A stretch of DNA of 64,000 nucleotides from an uncultured bacterium. GTDB lineage: Bacteria > Patescibacteriota > Andersenbacteria > UBA10190 > CAIZMI01. Below are positions 9,283 through 17,464 of the stretch, one piece after another. A program made the position numbers and the translations under genes. The stretch is from assembly GCA_903934015.1 (NCBI GenBank), contig CAIZMI010000034.1:20378-84377 (forward strand), read 5' to 3'. The notes below the pieces were generated by a model. The model made no database searches, was not told where the DNA came from, and saw only the letters and a program-made list of their open reading frames with translations. Each line of letters opens with the position of its first letter. The stretch's first letter is position 1.

Positions 9283-9849
9283 TTAACCACCAAACTTGAT
9301 TACCCACTGTTTAAACTTAATAACACCATCTTTATTGTGTTTTTTAATTCCCGCCAATATTTCTTCACTACTTTTTTCCACTGCCCCACCGTCACCTTTT
9401 TTAGAAAAAAATTTATCAGAAAAGCAAATAATCTCTTCCTCTATCGTGACCGGTTGCATATTACGTTTTGGCAATTTCAATTTCTGATTTTCAATATCTT
9501 CAACCGACAACCCCACACCAACATGTCGCTCACAAACAAGAGCGTGCTTTGCAAGACCTTCTTTTTCCAACAACTCTCTTCCTAAGTAGCCGTGACAAAT
9601 GTAGGGCATCGTTCCATGACAATCAATCTCAGGAGCACTGGTTAAAAATATCCCCACGTCATGCAACATCCCCGCTTCTTCAATAAACTGCATATCGGGA
9701 TTAAATTGTGGTACCTTCCTTGCAACCTCAAGCGCCTTGTTTGTCACCGCCAAACTGTGCGCCAATAAAATCGAATAAGCCCGCGAATCGGGCAAGTAGT
9801 ATTTTTGCAGTAATTTAATGGGTTCCATTTTTAAATTTTTCAGAACCAT
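9283..9849 (-). CDS. HD-domain phosphohydrolase
   Basis: H…HD motif (LLAHSLAV…MLHDVGI). The start is taken at the internal Met (MVLKNLKMEPIKLL) to avoid overlapping the upstream gene. Confidence 0.7.
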   Translation of the reverse strand: MVLKNLKMEPIKLLQKYYLPDSRAYSILLAHSLAVTNKALEVARKVPQFNPDMQFIEEAGMLHDVGIFLTSAPEIDCHGTMPYICHGYLGRELLEKEGLAKHALVCERHVGVGLSVEDIENQKLKLPKRNMQPVTIEEEIICFSDKFFSKKGDGGAVEKSSEEILAGIKKHNKDGVIKFKQWVIKFGG

Positions 9850-9883
9850 AAAATCGACTTCTTTTCGAATAACAAAAAATTTC

Positions 9884-11053
9884 CTATCGATTTCCTTTTG
9901 CCCGATTGTGCGTCTTACACAACATCTCACAATTTTTAGCTGTTGTTTTACCACCCTTGCTCCACGCCGATACGTGATCGGCTTCCATTTCACCAAAACT
10001 CCAAATTTTACACTTGTTAGCATCATGGCCAATTACACAATTTGAGCAATTTGATTGACCTTTTTTCTCTGCTTTAGCGGTCTGTGTTGAGTAAATACTT
10101 CTCTTTGTTGCTTCATCAAAGATTCGAACGTCAAGCAATTTTGTGTCAGTGGAGCCGCCGAGAATATACTCAAAAATGCCTTTGCGATTTTTGACGTACG
10201 GATCACCATAGAGCTTTCGTACCTCGCCTGTCACCTTAACGGGATCATAAGCTTTCTTATGGTATTGCTCATATAGTCGCCCCCACTCCAGTCCTCGCAT
10301 CTCACTTTCAACATCTATAAACACACTTGAAACCCAATCAACTACACTACCGAAATACCTTTTCAGCTCGGCAACATTTTTATCAAAACGATGTCGGCTC
10401 ATATAATCGCCAACGTTGCCTTTGCTTACCCAATCAAGCGCACGCTCCAAAAAATCCTGCCTGTTAACACTACCCGCTACATACGCGCCCCATTTTTGGA
10501 TGTTGGCATTTTGGCTATTGCTAAACTCTTCTTTACCAAGCGTCACAAATGGCCCAGAATACACGGCGTTAAGCAACTCCTGATTATTAAGTGGAACTCC
10601 GGCGATGTTGATTGTTTTAAACCATTCTTTTATCTCGCTTTCTTTCCCTTCGCATTCGTAAATAAGCAATGTTGTTATTAAAATTTTATCCTGCTTGTCT
10701 TTTGCCATACCACTAAAATTTTGTGGATTGCCGTTTTCATCTTTGATGGCAAATTTATCAGTCACAAAACGTCCAATACTTGTTATACGTTGTTGCCCAT
10801 CCAAAACTTCCAGCCCATCGTCATCGACTTTATTAAAATAAATTAGGCCAATCGGATAGCCCTTAAGGATTGACTCAATAACAGCTACTTCTTTTTTACC
10901 GCCGTCGGAAGAATATATGTAGTTGCGCTGATATTCTGGCTGAATCGTTAATTTGCCAGACAAGCCAAACAACCCCTTGCCCTCCAATTCGTTATAAACG
11001 AATCCTTCGCAAATAGCTTTGATGGTAATTTCGATTTTCAAAGTAGTTTTCAT
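9884..11053 (-). CDS. DUF262 (ParB-like, DGQQR motif) plus C-terminal HNH endonuclease; GmrSD-like nuclease
   Basis: The [11 protein letters not shown] motif is in the N-terminal half. The C-terminus has an HNH signature ([14 protein letters not shown]…[11 protein letters not shown]…[15 protein letters not shown]). The start codon at 11053-11051 lies 1 nt after the upstream methyltransferase stop. Confidence 0.7.
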   Translation of the reverse strand: MKTTLKIEITIKAICEGFVYNELEGKGLFGLSGKLTIQPEYQRNYIYSSDGGKKEVAVIESILKGYPIGLIYFNKVDDDGLEVLDGQQRITSIGRFVTDKFAIKDENGNPQNFSGMAKDKQDKILITTLLIYECEGKESEIKEWFKTINIAGVPLNNQELLNAVYSGPFVTLGKEEFSNSQNANIQKWGAYVAGSVNRQDFLERALDWVSKGNVGDYMSRHRFDKNVAELKRYFGSVVDWVSSVFIDVESEMRGLEWGRLYEQYHKKAYDPVKVTGEVRKLYGDPYVKNRKGIFEYILGGSTDTKLLDVRIFDEATKRSIYSTQTAKAEKKGQSNCSNCVIGHDANKCKIWSFGEMEADHVSAWSKGGKTTAKNCEMLCKTHNRAKGNR

Positions 11054-11054
11054 A

Positions 11055-12230
11055 TTATTTTTTTTTATGTCTAATGAGTACTCTTTGATAAACTTTTTCA
11101 TGTAAACCAGCTCGAATAACTACTCCACTTGCATTCAAATCATAAACTCCCCTTTTTTTGAATTTATCTAAATATGCTTGCTTACATTCCGTTGATTTGT
11201 ACACTTTTGTTTTTAGTTTATATAAATCTTCGTTTTCACACATCCCAACAATACCAAACTGTTCTGGGGAGTGTTTATCAAGAAAACTAATCGGTACACC
11301 CATTAATCCGTTGTAATCACTTGGAATATTTTTTACTAAAGATACTTCTAAGGCATTATAATTATCGTATTTTTCAAATGGTTTTTTCGTTACAAACTTA
11401 ATAATCTCGGCTTCAGTCATGAGTGGCAACGGCTGATGACGACGTCCATGATCAAGATTGGTGAACCAACGAACACCTTGCACTCGGGTGATATAAACTT
11501 TCTTACCTCTCTCATTTGTTTTAATTTCACGAACTTGATCCAAATTAGCAATCTTTTCGGGTATCTCAAAAAACATCGCGCCAGCATTGACTTTGTAATT
11601 GTTGCCCAACCACACTTTATTCTCTTTAATTAGTGGAAATATTTCTTTGTAGGTAATTGCATTCAAGTTGCCAATGATCAAAAACTTTTTATCATAATCA
11701 ACAAGTTGTTTTATATACTCGCGAAACAGGCTAAACGGAGGATTTGTTACCACAATATCAGACTGCTTCAGAAATTCTATAGATTCATTGCTACGGAAAT
11801 CGCCGTTTCCTTTAAGCAGAGTTGTTACATTTTGATCCTGCCTCAACAAACACTCTATATCCTCAAGGTTTACTGCACCATCATTATTTAAATCTTTTAC
11901 CTCATTGATTTCAATTTTGAACGGCTGTTTTCTAGTGAACCTTCTTAATCCTTCTATCCCAGACAACGGAAATATAGTGCCGGTAATAGGTGATGGAACA
12001 TAACTTGTAGTAATAAGTTTTTTAAGTCCAATATTATTGAATTTTAATACAAAGTATTTGAAAAAATTACTTTCATACGGATCGTCACAGTTGCAATACA
12101 CTACTTTGCCTCGAAACACATCAGGATTGTATTCCAAATACGCTTCAATCTCTTTCTGGATATCTACGAATTGCGTATAGAACTCGTCGTTCTTTACTCT
12201 TTTTGCGTTAGTAAGATTTTTGTTTGCCAT
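11055..12230 (-). CDS. DNA methyltransferase, adenine-type (EcoRI-methylase-like N-terminus, NPPF catalytic motif)
   Basis: KNDEFYTQ near the N-terminus and the motif IV sequence [13 protein letters not shown]. Confidence 0.75.
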   Translation of the reverse strand: MANKNLTNAKRVKNDEFYTQFVDIQKEIEAYLEYNPDVFRGKVVYCNCDDPYESNFFKYFVLKFNNIGLKKLITTSYVPSPITGTIFPLSGIEGLRRFTRKQPFKIEINEVKDLNNDGAVNLEDIECLLRQDQNVTTLLKGNGDFRSNESIEFLKQSDIVVTNPPFSLFREYIKQLVDYDKKFLIIGNLNAITYKEIFPLIKENKVWLGNNYKVNAGAMFFEIPEKIANLDQVREIKTNERGKKVYITRVQGVRWFTNLDHGRRHQPLPLMTEAEIIKFVTKKPFEKYDNYNALEVSLVKNIPSDYNGLMGVPISFLDKHSPEQFGIVGMCENEDLYKLKTKVYKSTECKQAYLDKFKKRGVYDLNASGVVIRAGLHEKVYQRVLIRHKKK

Positions 12231-12245
12231 AATTTTATTCCTATT

Positions 12246-12452
12246 CTACGGATAAAATTCAAATTCGCTCATTATTTTTTTATTATCGACAATCTGCTCC
12301 TGTATCGCATCTCGAACAGAAGCAATCATCTCGATATCCCACTTTATTTTTTTGGACGAAGGAATAAAACTTTGCATCAATTCGAAAATTTGATTATCAA
12401 CAAAATCCTGCCTTTCTATTTGCTTATTAGTTAATTTGGACATTTTTATCAT
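12246..12452 (-). CDS. small hypothetical protein (69 aa)
   Basis: The ORF is trimmed to its internal Met because the longer version overlaps tRNA-Ser(GCT). Confidence 0.25.
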   Translation of the reverse strand: MIKMSKLTNKQIERQDFVDNQIFELMQSFIPSSKKIKWDIEMIASVRDAIQEQIVDNKKIMSEFEFYP

Positions 12453-12465
12453 TTTTCCGTTTATT

Positions 12466-12552
12466 ATTTCATTTGCGGAGAGGGTGGGATTCGAACCCAC
12501 GAAACCCTTGCGGGTTTAATGCATTAGCAAAGCATCCTCGTAGGCCTCTTGA
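12466..12552 (-). tRNA. tRNA-Ser (anticodon GCT), type II
   Basis: Minus-strand ggagagg acceptor; long variable-arm hairpin aaaccc-gcaa-gggttt; T-arm gtggg-ttcgaat-cccac. The anticodon loop ttGCTaa is closed by a weak T-T pair. Confidence 0.75.
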
Positions 12553-12580
12553 GTACCTCTCCTTGCGTAAAAACCATACC

Positions 12581-13633
12581 TTATTTGTTCATCTTTCTCA
12601 AGTGCTTTGGATTATGAGAACCAATAAGTTCTATGTATTGTTTTACAGCTGCCCTACTCTCGATAAAAATATCTCGATCCCGCATATTTGCCCAAACACC
12701 GATTTTGCGGAGAGATTCGTGAACTGAATTAAGCAAAGGCGGAGAAGCGGATGTAAAACTAATCTTTTTGTAGCGATAATCTTTGCCTCTTATACGATAT
12801 TGATGCCAATAAACCGAACCATCCGTATCAAAAAGACCTCGAATACAAGGAATTAAATAATTCCGCTTTCTCTTGATCCACATTGGAATATCTATTTTTT
12901 GTCTAATTTTGTTTCCCTTAACCAGACCCAAGTGTTCTATACAAAAGTGAACCATCTCCGTCCGGCTTACGCGATAATCGTTTGCTAAAGCATCTTTACT
13001 AATTATCACGCTCGGTCTAACTCCAAACAATTTCTGAATTAAACTGCATACAAAGATACCGTATTCATGATCATCATACCTGTGTAACGTAACAGTTAGT
13101 TGATAACGGGTTATTCCACCATCACCAAGCATCAATCCGACAAACTCGGCTAATTCCGGTGATTTCATAGGCTTTCTAAACGGCAAACTTTTCCAAAGTA
13201 TTTTGTGTTCTTGATATTTCCCTTTCTCATTCCACCATTTTGTCCACTGCACTCGGCGATAATCCTCATCCATACCAATCCGTCCATATTTTTTAAACAT
13301 TGCTTTACCACCCAAACTGCCAATTTTTTCAAGGCGTTTATTCCATTTTAATAAACTGGCAGAGGTAGGTATTTGTACTCCGCTTTTTTGAGCTAGCGTT
13401 TTAGCGTGGATAAATGACATGTGATACTTCTCTCTCTTCCAATCACAAAGCGTACGCCTATTAATGGCCAACAAACCGGCTAAGAATGGTGTTGATACAT
13501 TTAATTTTGAAGCAACGTTTTCAATAAATTTGCGTTGCTCTTCAGGTTCAAAAATGATCCTGTCTAACTTATCCACTTCATCTATCATGTGGTAATTATA
13601 CAACAAATACGAACATTTTACGAACGTCATTGT
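12581..13633 (-). CDS. double-motif LAGLIDADG homing endonuclease, free-standing
   Basis: Two LAGLIDADG motifs, FVGLMLGDGGI and IRGLFDTDGSV. The start is taken at the internal Met (MTFVKC…) because the 5' extension of the ORF covers a conserved structured non-coding element. Confidence 0.7.
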   Translation of the reverse strand, partial: TMTFVKCSYLLYNYHMIDEVDKLDRIIFEPEEQRKFIENVASKLNVSTPFLAGLLAINRRTLCDWKREKYHMSFIHAKTLAQKSGVQIPTSASLLKWNKRLEKIGSLGGKAMFKKYGRIGMDEDYRRVQWTKWWNEKGKYQEHKILWKSLPFRKPMKSPELAEFVGLMLGDGGITRYQLTVTLHRYDDHEYGIFVCSLIQKLFGVRPSVIISKDALANDYRVSRTEMVHFCIEHLGLVKGNKIRQKIDIPMWIKRKRNYLIPCIRGLFDTDGSVYWHQYRIRGKDYRYKKISFTSASPPLLNSVHESLRKIGVWANMRDRDIFIESRAAVKQYIELIGSHNPKHLRKMNK

Positions 13634-13639
13634 TTTTGC

Positions 13640-13737
13640 ACAATCCGATTCTTGTGCAAAACAGCATTCGCGTTTAGCGAATGCTGTTTTGTGTACATTT
13701 TTTTGTTTCACTAAGCGAAACAAATCTCGAGTGTCCC
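13640..13737 (-). repeat. conserved tRNA-linked module 1 (Arg-locus copy)
   Basis: The minus strand reads ctcgagatttgtttcgcttagtgaaac…aatgtacacaaaaca, a hairpin (cagcattcg…cgaatgctg), then ttttgcacaagaatcgga. The element at 63660-63760 after tRNA-Glu is near-identical, and the Lys copy at 6158-6245 is related. Confidence 0.6.
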
Positions 13738-13830
13738 CGGCAGGACTTGGCCTCGCCTCAAAAATACTGATGTATTTTTGGGCTGGCCACCGCCTCGTGT
13801 TATCTTCGAATAACACTCCGGCGTTCAAGT
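13712..13830 (-). repeat. palindromic element: inverted copies of the tRNA-Arg 3' end (15 bp, ccccggcaggacttg) flanking a two-hairpin core
   Basis: The core (cgccggagt…hairpin…acgaggcggtggccagccc…hairpin…gaggcgaggcc) also occurs inside the interrupted tRNA-Arg copy at 14035-14137. Both hairpins show compensatory base changes between the two copies. Confidence 0.55.
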
Positions 13831-13889
13831 CCTGCCGGGGGATTTAGAAAAAAGACAATCGCACCGCGATTGCCATTTTTCTAAATCTG

Positions 13890-13963
13890 TGTCCCCGGCA
13901 GGACTTGAACCTGCAACCTTCAGCTCCGCAAGCTGACGCTCTGTCCAGTTGAGCTACAGAGAC
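13890..13963 (-). tRNA. tRNA-Arg (anticodon GCG, inferred)
   Basis: Acceptor gtctctg pairs with cggggac through two G-U pairs. D-arm gctc-aactggac-agagc; anticodon stem tcagc/gctga with loop ttGCGga; T-arm gcagg-ttcaagt-cctgc; discriminator A. Confidence 0.7.
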
Positions 13964-14017
13964 ATAATTAGTCTCTTTTTTGTAATGATATCATTTTAAT
14001 TCTTTTTTGAAATCTAC

Positions 14018-14190
14018 CAAGCCGGCAGGACTTGGCCTCGCCTCTCGGAGTGTTGATACACTCCTCGGGCTGGCCACCGCCTCGTATTGCTTGCGAGCAA
14101 TACTCCGGCGCTGAAAAACCATTAAGGGTTTTTCAGCCTGCAACCTTCAGCTCCGCAAGCTGACGCTCTGTCCAGTTGAGCTACAGAGAC
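14018..14190 (-). pseudogene. interrupted tRNA-Arg copy: nucleotides 1-53 identical to the intact gene, a ~105-nt structured insert in the T-loop, then 12 nt of tRNA identity before diverging
   Basis: Plus strand cctgcaaccttcagctccgcaagctgacgctctgtccagttgagctacagagac matches the intact copy. The insert replaces ttc of the T-loop. The 3' acceptor strand is cggcttg, which cannot pair with the 5' strand. Confidence 0.55.
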
Positions 14191-14270
14191 ATAATTAGTC
14201 TCTTTTGACCTCTTCTTGATTACTTGCTAACAGATAATGACACAAATATCTCAAACCGGCAATATCAATA

Positions 14271-14828
14271 TCAAACTCTGGGATTAGCCTTATTTGGCAT
14301 CCGACTTCGTCCCTTATTTCCCGATGCCACTGCGCGAAGAACAATATCACGATCAGTTGCATAAGTAATTTTTCTTAATGCTTCCCTGACTGGCATCCAA
14401 CGCGCTTCAAGCAACCCTTCTTCCGCCTGCGCATGCAATTCACCATCTAGTGATTCCATTAAATAATAATGAACGGTCTTTGTAATTCGTCCGCGTTCAG
14501 TAAAAAAATGATAACGAGTAGAACCAAGTTGACGCTTAAGAACAAGATTGCTAAGACCCAACTCTTCCTGACTTTCGCGCACAGCGGCTTGATCCTGTGT
14601 TTCTCCTAACGCAATTTCTACGTGACCCTTAGGCAAAATCCACACTTCGCCACGTGCGTGCTCTGTTCTTAAGAGCGCAACATGCACCCTCCCATCAATC
14701 CTGCGCACAACAACACCACCGGCAGACTCTTCCGACACACCCGCCACTTTGCAATGTGGTTTTTTGAGTAGCCGTGAAGAACCAGTTTCATTTTCCGGCG
14801 GTTTTGTTGTCCCCAATAAATCATTCAT
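14271..14828 (-). CDS. Nudix hydrolase
   Basis: Nudix box GHVEIALGETQDQAAVRESQEELG. Confidence 0.8.
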   Translation of the reverse strand: MNDLLGTTKPPENETGSSRLLKKPHCKVAGVSEESAGGVVVRRIDGRVHVALLRTEHARGEVWILPKGHVEIALGETQDQAAVRESQEELGLSNLVLKRQLGSTRYHFFTERGRITKTVHYYLMESLDGELHAQAEEGLLEARWMPVREALRKITYATDRDIVLRAVASGNKGRSRMPNKANPRV

Positions 14829-14832
14829 ATAA

Positions 14833-16626
14833 TTAATTTGTTTTTATTATTACTGGTTTTACCGGAATAACGATCTTTGGTTTAGGCGTCGACAATGGAA
14901 GAGGTGTTGGTGTCGGCGCCACAACAACTTTTTCCGCGTTAGCCGCCACAACGTGAGGAAATAGCGCCGGTGATTTATATGAACTTAAAATTATATCTTC
15001 CCTAACCATCTGCCCCGCTTTATAAACTTGCTGCACTAAACGCGCTTTTACAGAACCACTCGCCGTTCGATCATAAGAAGTTGGTCCTACAATTTTAACT
15101 TCCCTGCCATCCGATGTACCCCAAAATTCAAAAAACAATTTCGTTCCCTCAACTCTTGTCTGAATAAGAATATTAGCCGGTGTGTCGTTAACAAATTTCA
15201 AATCGGTCCCGTCTTTCCAGGTGCGCTGATTAGGATAAATCGTTGCGTCAAAACCGGGCGCGCCATAATACGCTACAGGATAAGCGTGATTACTGCGTTC
15301 TACTATTTGCAAACCCGACAAAATGGCAGCACGAAAAGCCGTCGTTGATACCTGACAAAGACCGCCACCATATTCCGGCGTTGTCACATTTTCCTTAATT
15401 ACTAATTCCGGTTTGTATCCGGTGGCTTTACCAACCGGCCCCAAATTTTCATTAAAAGCGAAAGTTGTACCCGGTGGAATCAACACACCGTTAAAGCGTT
15501 CCGCTCCCACTTTGATATTATGAACGCGATTAACCGGGCTTCCGCGAAAATTAGTTTCCCCGGTGCTCAACAATGTCGTAATCCCAAGGCGATCTATATC
15601 CACCGTTGATGCCACCTTAGACTTACTGACACTAAGCGCCAAATTAGCCTCCGTTTGACCACTTTCCACTGCAGACCGAATAGTAACGATACTTCCTTCT
15701 ACGTTTAATTCTTGACCTTCCTGGGCTGGCACAAATACTGTTACCCGATTATTCTCCATCGCAAAACTAGCATCTCGTGTTTCTTTTTGAACCTGCGAAA
15801 CAATTGTGCTTTGTAAATAATCCCTTAATAAATTTTGGGAAAAAGTCACCACTGGCTTACCGTCAACACGTTCCAATAAAAGTAATTGCGCAAAATTCGC
15901 TTTCGGAACTTCAATTGTTTGAACACCCGCCTTTAAAACAAAAGTACTCGCAAGAATTTTCTCAACCTTAGGTTTTAACTCAAGCGCCTGTTGATCATCA
16001 ACCTCAGGTTGCGTAGGTAACAAAGTTAGCTCCACCGGCGCAATATCACCCGCGTTATAACGCGCCAGAACGTCAGACGCGAGTTTTCGCCGATCAATCA
16101 GTTCACCTGATTGTGAAGAAGTAAGTTGTAATTTTCCGGAATCATCCACCACCCAATTAGCTGATTGCGGAGTTTTAATCTGGCCATTTAAAACATCTTC
16201 TAGATATTTATCAAAAATCGGCTTATAAACCAACACCTGCAAAGGTACTTTTTTATTCACAAAACCACTAACTGATTCATTTAACCAAATCGCTCCAGCG
16301 CGTGGCTTTCCAAAATTAATTGCTGTTGTAACCGCCGTTTTTACCTGCGGACTGACACCAATTTCAGTAAATGTTGGTTCTGCCACCAACACACCGCCAA
16401 TATTTAACTTAATCCTTGCCGTATACCTCTCTCGCTCTTGCTCACGCACCTTTGCCTCAGAAAAAACGGCATCTAAATTGCCAACAAAAACGTCGTTTAT
16501 CCAAACATGAGGCAAAATACGTGTTTTATAATAAGAAGTTACAAAACCCAAAACTCCAAAACAGAGTACTAAAACCCCAATCACGCCAAATATTCCCCAA
16601 TAGATTATTGCTTTTTTTCGCTTCAT
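14833..16626 (-). CDS. VanW-like protein with N-terminal TM anchor
   Basis: VanW signature GGGLCQVSTTAFRAA, an N-terminal signal/TM segment, and a Pro/Thr-rich C-terminus. Confidence 0.75.
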   Translation of the reverse strand: MKRKKAIIYWGIFGVIGVLVLCFGVLGFVTSYYKTRILPHVWINDVFVGNLDAVFSEAKVREQERERYTARIKLNIGGVLVAEPTFTEIGVSPQVKTAVTTAINFGKPRAGAIWLNESVSGFVNKKVPLQVLVYKPIFDKYLEDVLNGQIKTPQSANWVVDDSGKLQLTSSQSGELIDRRKLASDVLARYNAGDIAPVELTLLPTQPEVDDQQALELKPKVEKILASTFVLKAGVQTIEVPKANFAQLLLLERVDGKPVVTFSQNLLRDYLQSTIVSQVQKETRDASFAMENNRVTVFVPAQEGQELNVEGSIVTIRSAVESGQTEANLALSVSKSKVASTVDIDRLGITTLLSTGETNFRGSPVNRVHNIKVGAERFNGVLIPPGTTFAFNENLGPVGKATGYKPELVIKENVTTPEYGGGLCQVSTTAFRAAILSGLQIVERSNHAYPVAYYGAPGFDATIYPNQRTWKDGTDLKFVNDTPANILIQTRVEGTKLFFEFWGTSDGREVKIVGPTSYDRTASGSVKARLVQQVYKAGQMVREDIILSSYKSPALFPHVVAANAEKVVVAPTPTPLPLSTPKPKIVIPVKPVIIKTN

Positions 16627-16736
16627 TGAGCGTAAACTTATAAGTCAGATCTAAATATAATTTACATAGAAACTACATAAGACGCAAGACAAGAGTCGCG
16701 AATAAAAATACCATCCGTGGTCTTGCCTAGTGTTTT

Positions 16737-16916
16737 AGGCAACTGACTTAAATAAATTGTCAATATTCTGTTCAATACGCTTTGAATACGAGTACTGCGA
16801 CCGAACGAAAGCTTGAAGCGTACTAGCAGTACGTTAAGAGATTTAGTGACCGAGCAGTGCTTGTAGTCAAAGATGTATAGAAAATAAGATGGATAGGTTA
16901 TTTACGTCAGTCGCCT
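16737..16916. repeat. MITE-like 180-bp element with ~19-bp terminal inverted repeats (copy 1)
   Basis: About 80% identical over its full length to 57719-57898. The ends are aggcaactgacttaaataa and ttatttacgtcagtcgcct. Confidence 0.65.
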
Positions 16917-16920
16917 TAGC

Positions 16921-17331
16921 CTAAAGATACTTTTCAATTAACATTTTTGTTGCGTCTGTAATAGCGATTCTAAATAGTTCATCTTTAGTAAAATAACCCG
17001 CACCGGCCCCTTCTTGCACGGTGATATCACTCCACTCAACCGGTTTATTGTAGTGCACAACATATACTGCTCTATCATCCTTTGGACGCAATTCTCCCAC
17101 TAAATTAAAATATTCTGATCCAGCATAAATATTCAACTCTTCTTTAGTTTCTCGAACCGCACCAACAATAGGATCCTCATCTTCTGTAAGACCACCACCA
17201 AAAAAATTCCACTTTAGAGGATTACAAATACCTTCCGAGCCATCTCGCATTTGAACAAGGTATTTTCCGCTTGAATTTTGCATAATCGTATTTACACTCT
17301 TCTTCATATCAATAACAATTGTAAACCCCAT
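16921..17331 (-). CDS. Nudix hydrolase
   Basis: Nudix box GGGLTEDEDPIVGAVRETKEELN. Confidence 0.75.
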   Translation of the reverse strand: MGFTIVIDMKKSVNTIMQNSSGKYLVQMRDGSEGICNPLKWNFFGGGLTEDEDPIVGAVRETKEELNIYAGSEYFNLVGELRPKDDRAVYVVHYNKPVEWSDITVQEGAGAGYFTKDELFRIAITDATKMLIEKYL

Positions 17332-17464
17332 TAAACATAAAAAAAAGAGAAAGCATTTGTTCCTTATCTAAGTATTCAGATGAAGATCGAAGCAAGATCG
17401 AATAAAAAAGCGCACTCGATGAATTGAGTACGCAAGAGGCGAAAGAACGGCCAGTCTCCATGTT

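Noticed and set aside
12246-12500. 84-aa ORF starting MGSNPTLSANEIINGK
   Set aside because: Its first 16 codons overlap the 3' half of tRNA-Ser(GCT). It was trimmed to the internal Met and is kept only as a low-confidence small ORF.
13634-13828. N-terminal 65 codons of the long ORF 12581-13828
   Set aside because: This stretch covers conserved module 1 and the palindromic tRNA-Arg-end element, which are conserved as non-coding structures at other loci. The endonuclease start was moved to the internal Met.
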